Notes under the pieces: generated by a model
Told to the model about the DNA's origin: nothing
Databases searched by the model: none
What the model saw: the letters and a program-made list of their open reading frames with translations, nothing else
Translations under genes and position numbers: made by a program
Shown here: positions 1 through 9,401 of the stretch, piece by piece
How the letters are laid out: every line of letters begins with the position of its first letter
Position numbering within the stretch: the stretch's first letter is position 1
From: Escherichia phage allfine
Reading direction: 5' to 3' (one strand)
Length of the DNA stretch: 64,000 nucleotides
Sequence record: MN850633.1

Positions 1-323
1 TGAGCATTCTTTGCAAATGCTTCTAAGGTATTTGAAGGGTCTGTGTTGAGACTGCTAAGTTGCTTATATAGATTCTTCTTAGTCTGCTCTAACAAGGTCT
101 GTTTGTTTAGCATCATAGTGATTTCAAACAACCTACGATATACTTTACCAGAAGCTGAAGGAACCCCAATAACTTCTTGTAAATACATTAAAGCAGGATA
201 AGAAAAACCAGAGCTATGTTGACCTTGTTCTTGAAAATACCCAACTTGAGCATTAGCCGTTTGCAAGTTCTTCATAGCCCCGACTAATTTTGCTCTAGCG
301 GGGTGAATAACCCTTTTAACCAT
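1..323 (-). CDS. hypothetical protein, partial (N-terminal part only; gene runs off the window start)
   Basis: Minus-strand ORF starting at 323 (ATG overlaps stop of upstream gene, TAATG) and open to position 1; N-terminus MVKRVIHPARAKLVGAMKNLQ; lies downstream of capsid gene in head module. Confidence 0.4.
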   Translation of the reverse strand, partial: MVKRVIHPARAKLVGAMKNLQTANAQVGYFQEQGQHSSGFSYPALMYLQEVIGVPSASGKVYRRLFEITMMLNKQTLLEQTKKNLYKQLSSLNTDPSNTLEAFAKNA

Positions 324-772
324 TATTCATCTCGCTCGATAATAAATACGCCATTAACACGGTTGCAGTAATCTCTGCCTTCGTATCTGGCAGCATCACC
401 ATATTCTGTGTATTTCTTGACAGAGCAAGGATTCTGACGACGCATGTCAATATCACACTGATTAATACCACCTGCATAGGGTAGTCCTGAAACAGAGCTT
501 TTAACAAGGTCATCATAAACAGCTTTCAGAGATTTGAATCTGGAAGAGTTACGTAAATAAACACCACCAACCTTCTCATCTCCCATCTTGGCTACTTGAA
601 AGAGTAAATATTTAAGAGCTTTGATGGCTGCTTTCTTTTCATCCTTTCCAGATTCTAGATAGAACCACTCTAGCACAGACTGCTCAATAAGAATTTCATC
701 GTTATTGGTGTCTGTGCAGAGGATTCTTACTCTATCAAGAGGGTTATTGGCTGGGTCGCCTGTATAACACAT
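323..772 (-). CDS. hypothetical head-module protein (149 aa)
   Basis: ORF immediately downstream of putative major capsid gene, same strand; no recognisable motif. Confidence 0.5.
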   Translation of the reverse strand: MCYTGDPANNPLDRVRILCTDTNNDEILIEQSVLEWFYLESGKDEKKAAIKALKYLLFQVAKMGDEKVGGVYLRNSSRFKSLKAVYDDLVKSSVSGLPYAGGINQCDIDMRRQNPCSVKKYTEYGDAARYEGRDYCNRVNGVFIIERDE

Positions 773-793
773 TCATAACCCTCCTTAAGAATA

Positions 794-1900
794 TTAGTCA
801 GCTTTAGCGTCAGCGCGAACATCTACCAGCAACTGAGGACGGGTGCAGTATGGCAGCATGTAAGAGTGAGCTTCGAAGTCAATACCTTCGTCACGGTCTT
901 TTTCGTATTCGAATACGTACAGTTCCTGACCAAGTGTATTTGCATAACCCATCTTAGGACATGGACCATATGCAACTTCGAAGATGTTGTTTGCTTCACC
1001 CAGCATAGAAACGTTAGGGAAAGCATGACCAACACCAACAGTGTCTGCTACGCTATCAATGCTCACCAGAGTGTGAACCTTACCACGCTTGTCTTTGAAC
1101 TTACCGTTGTACTGGACAAACTTAACACCACCGTAGTAGAAAGTGTTCATATGAGCCTGAACGCCGTCAGTACCACCAGTTCTCAGAGAACCAGTAATCT
1201 GTTGCCAAGCCAGTGGAGTCTGCTGTGCAAGATAAGCGTCACGAATCTTAGGGTGTTTAGTCAGCTTGCTGAAGAACACACGGTCAACAACTACGTGAAT
1301 TTCTTCACCGTTGATTACAGTGCCAGTCTTAGCTTCATCTTCCATGTGCATACGCAGTTCTTCGATAGAAGCGTCGATGTCAGCATTAGGGTTGTCAAGG
1401 TCGAAGTAGATAGTCTTCTTAGTTACATCGAACTGTTTGTACAGGTCTGCGTACAGCGTACCACGAGCATCAACAACTTTACCCTTCAGAGCTTGCATAA
1501 ATAGGAACTCACGAGTAATATCGAACTTGGTACGAATCTTCATCAGCTTCTTAGCACGTACTACAGCTTCAGTAGTCAGTTCGTTTGCAGTGCCTGGCTG
1601 ACGTACACCCTGAATTTCATCAGGAGTGATGCTTTCAACTTCTTTGAAGTACATCATTGGGAAGCTGATTTGACGAACACGCTCAGGTGCGCTAGTCTCT
1701 GCTTTACGGCTATCACGGTCTACCGCATCAAGCAAGCTAACATCCCAATCAGTCAAGTCCATAAGGAAAGTAGTTTGGGTGATTGGTGCTGAACGGAACA
1801 GACCTAAGTTGGAAATATACCCATAAGTATTTGGGATAGACTGGACTTCACCAGTCAGGTCAGCAAGGAAAAATCTGCTTTTTTCAGAATTAGTCAACAT
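794..1900 (-). CDS. putative major capsid protein (368 aa)
   Basis: Size and position: follows terminase-portal-protease/scaffold-small head protein in canonical head-module order; no motif confirmation possible without search. Confidence 0.6.
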   Translation of the reverse strand: MLTNSEKSRFFLADLTGEVQSIPNTYGYISNLGLFRSAPITQTTFLMDLTDWDVSLLDAVDRDSRKAETSAPERVRQISFPMMYFKEVESITPDEIQGVRQPGTANELTTEAVVRAKKLMKIRTKFDITREFLFMQALKGKVVDARGTLYADLYKQFDVTKKTIYFDLDNPNADIDASIEELRMHMEDEAKTGTVINGEEIHVVVDRVFFSKLTKHPKIRDAYLAQQTPLAWQQITGSLRTGGTDGVQAHMNTFYYGGVKFVQYNGKFKDKRGKVHTLVSIDSVADTVGVGHAFPNVSMLGEANNIFEVAYGPCPKMGYANTLGQELYVFEYEKDRDEGIDFEAHSYMLPYCTRPQLLVDVRADAKAD

Positions 1901-1933
1901 TGTAAAATTCTCCAGAATGTCTTATTATTGTTA

Positions 1934-2311
1934 TTACAGGCCAGTTGGTACGAAATCAATACCTTTAGCAGCCAGAGCTTTCTTGACTTCATCAGCATTA
2001 ACGCTTGATTCAAGAGTTAGCATGTCTTTCAGTTCTGCGTCACGGTAAATACCAACAACTTTCAACTGACCGTGGTAAGACAGTTGCAGGTCTGCATAAA
2101 AGTTAACGATACATACAGAATCAGCCTGAGCTTCTTCCCCTGCTGCAACTTTAGTACCATCTGCTTTCAGAACTTCACCTACACGATATTCTGTGGATGC
2201 CTGTGGAGTGTACTCTTTACGAGAGTGGCCTGTTGGGGTAACCTGTTCCCAAAGAATGATATCATTCAGAGGTTCTCTTTTACCTAACTTAGTAAAACCT
2301 TGATATGCCAT
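1934..2311 (-). CDS. small head protein, possible decoration protein (125 aa)
   Basis: Small ORF between protease/scaffold and capsid genes. Confidence 0.4.
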   Translation of the reverse strand: MAYQGFTKLGKREPLNDIILWEQVTPTGHSRKEYTPQASTEYRVGEVLKADGTKVAAGEEAQADSVCIVNFYADLQLSYHGQLKVVGIYRDAELKDMLTLESSVNADEVKKALAAKGIDFVPTGL

Positions 2312-2322
2312 TATTGTGTTCC

Positions 2323-3669
2323 TTATTTGATAAGAGATTTTAGAGCATTCTGGAGAGCCAGTTTGCGTTGTTCAGCGGTGTCTTCGGAAGCATTCTTAGC
2401 TGGTTCTTTTTCTTCTTCAACCAAATCAGCTTCGCCGTCATTACCCACTTCTTCCATAGCGTTGGAGTGTTCAAGAACAGCACCAGCAGTTTCTTTCAGC
2501 TTGGTAATTTCTGATTCTTTTTCTTCCATTGCAGAAGCGTGGGATGCGATAGTTTCATTAAGTTTCTGGTTAGCACCTTCCATAGCATTCATAAACAGAA
2601 CACTCAGAGGGTTATCAAGACCAGCACCTAAAATAGTCGTTGCAGCTTCTTTTGCATCAAATCCAAAAGCTTCAGCAGAAGCAGAAATCTTATTAGTCAA
2701 ATCTGACAAAGCAGCTTCCTGTTCTTTAGCTTTCATTTGAGCAACCTGAAGACGCAAAGCTTCTAGTTCTTGCTTTTCTTGTTCAGTCATTTCTTCACCT
2801 GAATTGTTAACGTTTAAACTTACAGGAGCCTCTTCAGAACCTTGTAAGTAATTTAAGAAATCATCTTGAGACATGATTGAGTTAATTAAACCAAGTTCAA
2901 GAGCTTCCTGAGCAGAATAAACATTCGCCTCAGTATTCTTTACAGCTTCTTCAGAGAGATTACGAGATTCGGCTACAAAACCTGTAAAGGTTGCGTAGGT
3001 ATCATTAATTCTCTTTTGAAGTCTTTCTTTGCTTTCTTCTGAAAGTGCTTGGAATGGTGAACCCATACCTTTAAACTCACCAGCTTTAATGACGTTAATT
3101 GTTACGCCATTCTTTTCAAATGCCTTAGTTAATTCCTGATGAACCATGATTACACCAATAGAACCAACATCTGCATCTGGTGATGCAATAATTTCTTCAG
3201 CAGAAGATGCAAGAGCGTATGCAGCGGAACAAGCGAACTCATCTACATAAGCAATAATTTTCTTTTGGCCTCTTGAAGCCATAATGTGACGTGCTAATTC
3301 AAAGCAACCTGAAGCTTCACCACCACCAGAATCAATGTGCAGAACAATAGTCTTAATTGACTCATCTGCTAAAGCTTCGTCAAAGCCTCTACGCAAACCT
3401 TCATAAGAGCTTAAACCACCTGTACACATTGCATCAATGAATGTCATACGATGGGTTAAACCACCCATAATAGGGATAATAGCAATGTCATCTTTCACTT
3501 TTAAAAGACTTCTTGCTTCACCTTTGGGTTTATCAAAGTTTACTGCTGCTTGGACATCACCCAGCAATCTGTTATTCACATAAGTTGCTGCTGAGTGAGC
3601 TAATGATTCAGTGGCTAGTAAAGGTTGGTTGAACAATCTATCAGCAAGTCTGAAGATATTCGAACTCAT
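2323..3669 (-). CDS. prohead protease (S49/ClpP-like) fused to scaffold-like coiled-coil domain (448 aa)
   Basis: N-terminal region resembles signal-peptide-peptidase/ClpP fold (IPIMGGL...HIDSGGGEASG); C-terminal half is Glu/Lys/Ala-rich coiled coil typical of scaffolds; located between portal and capsid. Confidence 0.7.
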   Translation of the reverse strand: MSSNIFRLADRLFNQPLLATESLAHSAATYVNNRLLGDVQAAVNFDKPKGEARSLLKVKDDIAIIPIMGGLTHRMTFIDAMCTGGLSSYEGLRRGFDEALADESIKTIVLHIDSGGGEASGCFELARHIMASRGQKKIIAYVDEFACSAAYALASSAEEIIASPDADVGSIGVIMVHQELTKAFEKNGVTINVIKAGEFKGMGSPFQALSEESKERLQKRINDTYATFTGFVAESRNLSEEAVKNTEANVYSAQEALELGLINSIMSQDDFLNYLQGSEEAPVSLNVNNSGEEMTEQEKQELEALRLQVAQMKAKEQEAALSDLTNKISASAEAFGFDAKEAATTILGAGLDNPLSVLFMNAMEGANQKLNETIASHASAMEEKESEITKLKETAGAVLEHSNAMEEVGNDGEADLVEEEKEPAKNASEDTAEQRKLALQNALKSLIK

Positions 3670-3680
3670 TTTTACTCACC

Positions 3681-4013
3681 CTATTTGTTTAAATCTACAG
3701 AGACTGAAGAGATAACATAGATACCTTCTTCAGCGAAGAATTGAGGTTTGCTAAGAGCACCAGTTGCCACGCATTTATCGTTAGCATCCCACAAGCTATA
3801 GTGTGAGACCGTTGCAGAAGCTGGAACAGTAATATTAACTGTGTCTTCTGAGGCAATTAAGCCATTATCCGGTTCAGAAAAATAAATAGCCACTGGCTGA
3901 GTAACCTTATTTGCTGTAGGGTCTGCCGTTGGGTCTACATTGTGTAAAATAATAGTCGTTGGGGTTAGCGTGGCGAGGATTTTATTCTTACCATCAATAG
4001 TTAATGTTCCCAT
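3681..4013 (-). CDS. hypothetical protein (110 aa)
   Basis: ORF in head module, stop/start abutting neighbours. Confidence 0.45.
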   Translation of the reverse strand: MGTLTIDGKNKILATLTPTTIILHNVDPTADPTANKVTQPVAIYFSEPDNGLIASEDTVNITVPASATVSHYSLWDANDKCVATGALSKPQFFAEEGIYVISSVSVDLNK

Positions 4014-4513
4014 TAATTAAACCTTACTTTTTGTTTAAGGACTGTTGAATGGTTACCAGATTCATCTACCACATTTACAATCATATCATATACTTTGCCT
4101 TTGACAAGTACTTTGTAATCATTTTGTGAAAAAATGTATTCAAGTCTGTTTGTTTCTTTATTAACCGTCATTGGAGATTGAAATGCAGTGTCGAGGGTAA
4201 TGAAAGCGGCTTCAATGCTATTAACATTGATACGTTTATTCTCGCAGTTATATAACTTTACACCCAAAAGGCATGAACTGTCAAATGGAATTTTAACAAT
4301 TTCACTACAATTTCCTGAAATAAACGGTTTTCCACTCATTGGTGCATCAAGTAACCTGCAAATAGTGAAAACGTCAGAGGTTCCACCATCACTTACATAA
4401 CCTGAAAGGCTGACCCTTGAGCCAGCCTCTACAGATAACTTGTCAGTAATGATAAGAACACCTCTATACGAATGCACTCGTGTAGCATTTGAAATAGAGA
4501 TAACTTCAGCCAT
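4013..4513 (-). CDS. hypothetical protein (166 aa)
   Basis: ORF between portal and protease genes. Confidence 0.45.
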   Translation of the reverse strand: MAEVISISNATRVHSYRGVLIITDKLSVEAGSRVSLSGYVSDGGTSDVFTICRLLDAPMSGKPFISGNCSEIVKIPFDSSCLLGVKLYNCENKRINVNSIEAAFITLDTAFQSPMTVNKETNRLEYIFSQNDYKVLVKGKVYDMIVNVVDESGNHSTVLKQKVRFN

Positions 4514-5988
4514 TATTTATTTGCCTTATTTGCTGTGCTTGGGTCTTTCGCTGAAGGTGTCTTTGCAGTACCTTCTCCAGCGGTCTTATAACCATCTCCT
4601 GAACGGCTTTGGCTATTCGGAGAAAGCTTTTCAGATACTGGTTGAGACTCATCAGCAGGAGGAAGACCAATATGCTCTCTAAGCTTGTTAGATAGCTCTT
4701 TGTCAACTTCCAAAGCACCTACTGCAACGGTCTTCTGAATATAAGAACCAATTGCTTCAAGGTCTGGAGTTTCGATATCATCATAAGTGATTTGTACATG
4801 TTCTTCATCGTCCCACATATTAAGAGCATAAGTCTGTGCAACTAAATCACGGTTAATTACGTTCTTAATTTGCTTCAGCAGAATATCTACTGACATTGCT
4901 AGTAAGCTTGTCTTAGAATCTGCAAGAGAGAATGAACCATATTTTGACTGACCCATAGCAAGAACATCTGACATAAATGCCATCATAATCTGCTTGGAAT
5001 ATCTGTCAATAATAGAACCTGTATCGTATGCTTTAGCACCCTGTCTAGAAACTAATGAGAACTCAAAAATATCCTCTTTAGTATCTGGGTCGATATATCT
5101 AGGCCAGATTAAACCTGCTCTGTCGTTAGCAATCATATCATTAACAACAGTTTTGCAGTATTGTACGAAAGCTTTCTTTTCAGGTTCTGCATTTTCATCC
5201 AGATAGTCTGGTGGTAAACCAATCTTTGGCATACCTACCAAGTCTCTTGAAACACCAACAGCTTCATACTCTTCAATCTGTACTTTATACTTCCACGGTA
5301 CATAAGCGTTAAGTAATGGTGAACGACCTTCTGGGTTACCATACTCATCATCATACTTAAACAGCATGAATTTAGCTCGTGGAAGTTTTCTTGTTAGTGG
5401 TCTTTCTCCAAGATTAATTGCTCCAGCAATATGTGAAACATTTCTCAGATTCTGTCTAACACCAGTAACTTTTCTAAAGTCTTCGTCAAAATACCACTTA
5501 TCAAGTGTTGATTGGTTTCTGATTGGTAATTTAGCCCACCCAATTAGACCATCATCAAATTTTGACTGGTACTTTCCTTTTTTACCCTGACGTTTCTTAT
5601 AAACCTTTTCGTTAACACAGAACCCATAAGTGCAGAATGACATTACAGAGTTAATAAAATCTGCCCAATCATGCTCCATGTCATCCATTAAAGAATTAAA
5701 GAAGTCTGCTCTTTCAAGCATTTTAGGGTCTTGCTCTTTTCCCTTTGGAGGTACGAATCTCCAGTTGACTTTTCTGACAAACATCTTAATAATATTTACA
5801 GATGCTGCTACAGCAGGGTCACGCATCATTAATTGGAAAGTTTTAATACTTTCAGGGAACCTTAGTGCCTGACGAGGTTCTTCATAGATTCTTCCATTCT
5901 TAACCTTCAGACCCAAAGAACCTACTTCACCCATTCTAAATGGTGGTAAGCTTTCTTGTGTTTCTGTAATATCTGCCATTCTTCTCAC
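4513..5988 (-). CDS. putative portal protein (491 aa)
   Basis: Large ORF immediately downstream of large terminase on same strand; size typical of portal; no motif verification. Confidence 0.6.
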   Translation of the reverse strand: MRRMADITETQESLPPFRMGEVGSLGLKVKNGRIYEEPRQALRFPESIKTFQLMMRDPAVAASVNIIKMFVRKVNWRFVPPKGKEQDPKMLERADFFNSLMDDMEHDWADFINSVMSFCTYGFCVNEKVYKKRQGKKGKYQSKFDDGLIGWAKLPIRNQSTLDKWYFDEDFRKVTGVRQNLRNVSHIAGAINLGERPLTRKLPRAKFMLFKYDDEYGNPEGRSPLLNAYVPWKYKVQIEEYEAVGVSRDLVGMPKIGLPPDYLDENAEPEKKAFVQYCKTVVNDMIANDRAGLIWPRYIDPDTKEDIFEFSLVSRQGAKAYDTGSIIDRYSKQIMMAFMSDVLAMGQSKYGSFSLADSKTSLLAMSVDILLKQIKNVINRDLVAQTYALNMWDDEEHVQITYDDIETPDLEAIGSYIQKTVAVGALEVDKELSNKLREHIGLPPADESQPVSEKLSPNSQSRSGDGYKTAGEGTAKTPSAKDPSTANKANK

Positions 5989-5995
5989 CTAGCTA

Positions 5996-7612
5996 TCAAC
6001 GTCTAAGCCCCTCATATGGGTTTCCTCTCACTAAGTCTGTGTGAGCACCCATTGATGGTGGCTTGAATAATTTAACTTCGTTAAGACTGTTGAAAGCATC
6101 ACTGGTAGCGTCCACTTGGTCATCTTTAGTTTTACCATCACCACAAAAGCCTTCAAGCTCTTGAAAGTAAGCTTCATTCCAACTACCTCTCAAGACTTTT
6201 ACAAGTCCAGCTTCAGAAGCAGCAGAAAACCCCGCAAATCGGGTAACTTTATCTTTATTTGTTGGTTTGGCTCTTGCTCGATAACCTTTCTCGGCAAGTT
6301 TCCTGATGAGGGATGTTGCGTAGGATTTACCAGCAGCGCCTGGGTCTTGAGGGATAAAAATACCAGTTCGCTTACCGTCACTTTCAGCAGTCAAATTAAT
6401 TTGTGTTTCGACTCCAGAGGGTCTATCTCTAAATCTTACTACATCAATGATATAATAGCAACCGTCTTTTTTAGATTTACCCATCTTAACACCTGCTGTC
6501 CAGTCTGGATTAGGGTTAATCTCAGATGGTAAAGTTGCTGCTAAGTCCCATGCTCTAACATCGAATACATCTTCTGGGAGTGAATCAACAATTTCACACC
6601 ATTGTCTTTGCCAATAGTTTGAACCTTCTGCACGAGCCTTCCAGTTACCGAAACGAAGTCTTGCAACGTTTACAGGGGTGTTATTTTCCAACTTACCGCG
6701 ATACTTTGGTTCTAAAAAGTCAAGAATTGGGTTATCATCAATCGTACCAGAGATGAAGGTGTATGTTTGAGGAATCTCAAGAGGGAACATTTCAAGAATC
6801 TTGTCTCTCTCCCAATCAGAAACCATCACACCATCATTCATAACATACCAACGAATACGACCACACTTTTCAGGGTCTGGATAACCTTCTTCATCTAAGA
6901 ATGGTTCTACCCAATCATAAATAAAGTGGTCTCTGTCTGGGTTCATGGAAATCTTCATGTATGAATCACCTTCAGCACCAGAACGTAGACGGGTTTGTAG
7001 GTATGAAATCTGTGAAGCAGAGAAGTGTGTACCTTCGTCAAAGTAAATAGCTGAGTATTCAATACCCTGATGGCCTTCAGCGTGCTTTTCAAGTTCTAGG
7101 TAGGTAAACTTGATAGTTGCCCCAGAAGGGAATGTGATAGTCATTTTCTGCTCGTGAGGAATCCCACCAAACTTACCAAATAGTTTCTTTGCAGCAGGCC
7201 ATAAACCACCTTGCAACTGTGTTGTATTTCGACGGAAATATACAGCATTATAGTTAGGGTCTTCAATAAATCTTAAAGAGTCCATTAACAATGCGGCAGT
7301 CTTACCAGCACCAGCAGCACCACCATAGAGAACCAAGTCAGCATTAGTATTTAAAAAGACCTCTTGAGAACCCGGCTGAGGGGCTACATAGTTCTTATCA
7401 GTCATCAATTTAAAGATGAGGCGAACTTGGTCTGGTGTGTATCTTAATAAAGTCAGAATTTGAGTTGGAAGGAATTTAGAGGGGTCTTTACCGAATGATT
7501 TGATAATTTCTTTTACTTCATCAGAAAGCCCCAACTCTCCAGCTAGGACTTTCCTAACATCTTCCACTCGCTTCTGCTTAACAGCATTTAAGTCCATTAA
7601 GCGCCTCCGCAA
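5996..7612 (-). CDS. terminase large subunit (538 aa)
   Basis: Walker A P-loop LYGGAAGAGKTAAL near N-terminus, nuclease-type C-terminal half, position at start of head module. Confidence 0.85.
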   Translation of the reverse strand: MRRRLMDLNAVKQKRVEDVRKVLAGELGLSDEVKEIIKSFGKDPSKFLPTQILTLLRYTPDQVRLIFKLMTDKNYVAPQPGSQEVFLNTNADLVLYGGAAGAGKTAALLMDSLRFIEDPNYNAVYFRRNTTQLQGGLWPAAKKLFGKFGGIPHEQKMTITFPSGATIKFTYLELEKHAEGHQGIEYSAIYFDEGTHFSASQISYLQTRLRSGAEGDSYMKISMNPDRDHFIYDWVEPFLDEEGYPDPEKCGRIRWYVMNDGVMVSDWERDKILEMFPLEIPQTYTFISGTIDDNPILDFLEPKYRGKLENNTPVNVARLRFGNWKARAEGSNYWQRQWCEIVDSLPEDVFDVRAWDLAATLPSEINPNPDWTAGVKMGKSKKDGCYYIIDVVRFRDRPSGVETQINLTAESDGKRTGIFIPQDPGAAGKSYATSLIRKLAEKGYRARAKPTNKDKVTRFAGFSAASEAGLVKVLRGSWNEAYFQELEGFCGDGKTKDDQVDATSDAFNSLNEVKLFKPPSMGAHTDLVRGNPYEGLRR

Positions 7613-7618
7613 ATAGAA

Positions 7619-7819
7619 TTATTCAGAGTCTGTAGCAGTCTCTTCTTTTTTAACTTCGAACTTTTCATCAACAGCATCAAGAAGTGCATCCATAGATGCT
7701 TCTTTAATATCAATACCTGTTGCTACAGACAATCTGTCTGCAATTGCCATGATAGTATTCTGCATAAATTCTAGCTTCTTATTAGCTTCATAAAGTTCTT
7801 TATAAACGGTCTCGCTCAT
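7619..7819 (-). CDS. hypothetical small protein (66 aa)
   Basis: ORF with GGAG Shine-Dalgarno about 10 nt upstream of ATG; directly upstream of large terminase. Confidence 0.45.
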   Translation of the reverse strand: MSETVYKELYEANKKLEFMQNTIMAIADRLSVATGIDIKEASMDALLDAVDEKFEVKKEETATDSE

Positions 7820-7854
7820 TATGTTTTCTCCAAATAGTTAACCATGTTTCCCCT

Positions 7855-7879
7855 TAAAAAAGACGGCACAGAGACCGTC
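7855..7879 (-). terminator. rho-independent terminator (minus strand)
   Basis: On minus strand GACGGUCUCUGUGCCGUC hairpin followed by UUUUUU; sits between tRNA array and head module. Confidence 0.5.
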
Positions 7880-7944
7880 AAGGAGAAACCACAATGTACG
7901 TCAGAGACATACTGTATAAGTCTTCTTATAAAGTATAACTCTGT

Positions 7945-8018
7945 AAAAAAGCCCTGTCTAAAAATACTCTTCGGTAGCGAAAGGAAGAATACTTATAGCA
8001 GGGCATTATTATTATTTT
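7945..8018. terminator. long hairpin with flanking A/T tracts, possible bidirectional terminator after tRNA array
   Basis: GCCCUG ... CAGGGC closing stem around an internally paired region, A6 tract on one side and ATTATTATTATTTT on the other. Confidence 0.4.
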
Positions 8019-8041
8019 AATTGAGAGAGAGTAAAATAACT

Positions 8042-8117
8042 TGGAGAATCCGAAGGGACTCGAACCCTTATAAACCTGTTTTGCAGACAGGCACATAGCC
8101 ATTTCTGTCACGGATTC
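8042..8117 (-). tRNA. tRNA-Cys (GCA)
   Basis: Hand fold: acceptor GAAUCCG/CGGAUUC, anticodon stem CCUGU/ACAGG with loop CUGCAAA, T-loop UUCGAGU, encoded CCA. Confidence 0.7.
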
Positions 8118-8121
8118 AAAT

Positions 8122-8214
8122 TGGAGGAAGATACCAGACTTGAACTGGTACACCGATTTCTCAGCTACTGGCAGTTTAGCAAACTGCTCCCTTACCTTTT
8201 AGGGTTAATCTTCC
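8122..8214 (-). tRNA. tRNA-Ser (GCU), type II with long variable arm
   Basis: Acceptor GGAAGAU/AUCUUCC, anticodon loop UUGCUAA, T-arm ACCAG-UUCAAGU-CUGGU, 93 nt. Confidence 0.6.
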
Positions 8215-8215
8215 A

Positions 8216-8950
8216 TTATTTCTGTAATGCGCTCTTCATTTCTGGTGTTGCAATAGTGTCAATTACACCAGTTTTACAGGCATCATCAAACCAGTCTGGT
8301 AAGATACCTGCTAAGAACCCATTGATATTCGTTTTAAGGTACTCTGCAATAAGGGCAGCTTCTTCTTCAATCATCTGCACAACTTCATCTGCATAAGCTG
8401 TAATCTTTGAGATACCTTCATTAATCTTACTGACAGCTTGGTTAGCTAAATCAGAAACAGTATCAAGACCCTTGTCAATAGCGTCTTGTAAGTCACTTAA
8501 TACATCGTTAACACTCTCTAGTGTACTGTTAATCGTATCAATAGCTTTTTGACCATATTCTGTAGCAACACCCATAATACCACTGAACGGTGTACAACCA
8601 ACTTGTTCTCCTGCTGCACCCATAACATTGGAATATCCCTTTGCTACCTGCATACGTGATGAAAACTCATCAATAGACTTTTGACCGTAGTCTGTTAGGG
8701 TCTTAGTAGTTGCTGTAGTGCTTGTAAGGCTTGTTGTAAAGCTGTTTAGAAGGACTGTTGTAAGTCCAGCAGCAACAAGTTTCTCCTGCATTGTAGGGTC
8801 TGTTACAGAACTAATAGAGCTTACAAGTGATGTAGAAGCAGCTACGGTTCCACCGAGAACTGCTGCACCAGTAATAAGTGGGTTAGAAAACCCTTTACCG
8901 GTTTTTAAGAGATTAAAAATCTCCTTACCTTGTTCTGTCATCTCTTTCAT
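8216..8950 (-). CDS. hypothetical Ser/Thr-rich protein (about 244 aa from internal Met)
   Basis: ORF 8216-9013 in track; upstream 60 nt overlaps a tRNA, so start placed at Met 22 (8950); embedded inside tRNA array. Confidence 0.45.
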   Translation of the reverse strand: MKEMTEQGKEIFNLLKTGKGFSNPLITGAAVLGGTVAASTSLVSSISSVTDPTMQEKLVAAGLTTVLLNSFTTSLTSTTATTKTLTDYGQKSIDEFSSRMQVAKGYSNVMGAAGEQVGCTPFSGIMGVATEYGQKAIDTINSTLESVNDVLSDLQDAIDKGLDTVSDLANQAVSKINEGISKITAYADEVVQMIEEEAALIAEYLKTNINGFLAGILPDWFDDACKTGVIDTIATPEMKSALQK

Positions 8951-8969
8951 TAAGCACCTTTGAAATTGG

Positions 8970-9043
8970 TAGTCCAGTGGGATTTGAACCCTCTTCTCAT
9001 GTTTTTCAGACACGCGCTTTAACCATATAAGCTACTTGGACTA
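8970..9043 (-). tRNA. tRNA-Phe (GAA), imperfect fold
   Basis: T-arm GAGGG-UUCAAAU-CCCAC, acceptor UAGUCCA/UGGACUA, anticodon stem CGUGU/ACAUG loop CUGAAAA; D-arm register ambiguous. Confidence 0.5.
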
Positions 9044-9048
9044 TAAAT

Positions 9049-9124
9049 TGGGGTGACCTACGGGATTTGAACCCGTATAGACCATGTTCACAGCATGGGT
9101 CATTACCATTTATGATAAGGCCAC
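9049..9124 (-). tRNA. tRNA-His (GUG)
   Basis: Acceptor GUGGCCU/AGGUCAC, D-stem UCAU/AUGA, anticodon stem CCAUG/CAUGG loop CUGUGAA, T-arm ACGGG-UUCAAAU-CCCGU, CCA encoded. Confidence 0.8.
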
Positions 9125-9155
9125 ATTTAAGGACTCTCGTAAGAATCCTTAGAAG

Positions 9156-9231
9156 TGGCAGCGGCATAAGGATTTGAACCTTAATAAGACAGCTTCAGAG
9201 ACTGCTGCATTGCCAGTTATGCTATACCGCT
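9156..9231 (-). tRNA. tRNA-Gln (CUG)
   Basis: Acceptor AGCGGUA/UGCCGCU, D-stem GCAU/AUGC, anticodon loop CUCUGAA, T-arm UAAGG-UUCAAAU-CCUUA. Confidence 0.7.
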
Positions 9232-9236
9232 AAATT

Positions 9237-9315
9237 TGGTACTCCATATCGGATTCGAACCGATACATAACACAGATTTTAAGTCTGGCCTCTCTGCCAA
9301 TTGGAGTAATGGAGC
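9237..9315 (-). tRNA. tRNA-Leu (UAA)?, Leu-like D-loop AAUUGGCAGAG but short variable region
   Basis: T-arm AUCGG-UUCGAAU-CCGAU, acceptor GCUCCAU/AUGGAGU, anticodon loop CUUAAAA; atypical for a type II tRNA. Confidence 0.45.
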
Positions 9316-9317
9316 AT

Positions 9318-9392
9318 TGGCGGGGGATGTTGGAATTGAACCAACTTCTTCGATTTCAAAGACCGAGGTTTTAACCTTGTAAACTAATCCCC
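9318..9392 (-). tRNA. tRNA-Gln (UUG)
   Basis: Anticodon stem UCGGU/AUCGA loop CUUUGAA, T-arm GUUGG-UUCAAUU-CCAAC; acceptor pairing imperfect. Confidence 0.55.
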
Positions 9393-9401
9393 TTTAAATC
9401 T

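Noticed and set aside
866-1504. 212-aa plus-strand ORF antisense to the major capsid gene, and similar antisense ORFs (e.g. 2300-2740, 6116-6532, 38373-38900, 58044-58448, 61003-61407)
   Set aside because: Fully embedded antisense to long, motif-supported genes; typical shadow ORFs
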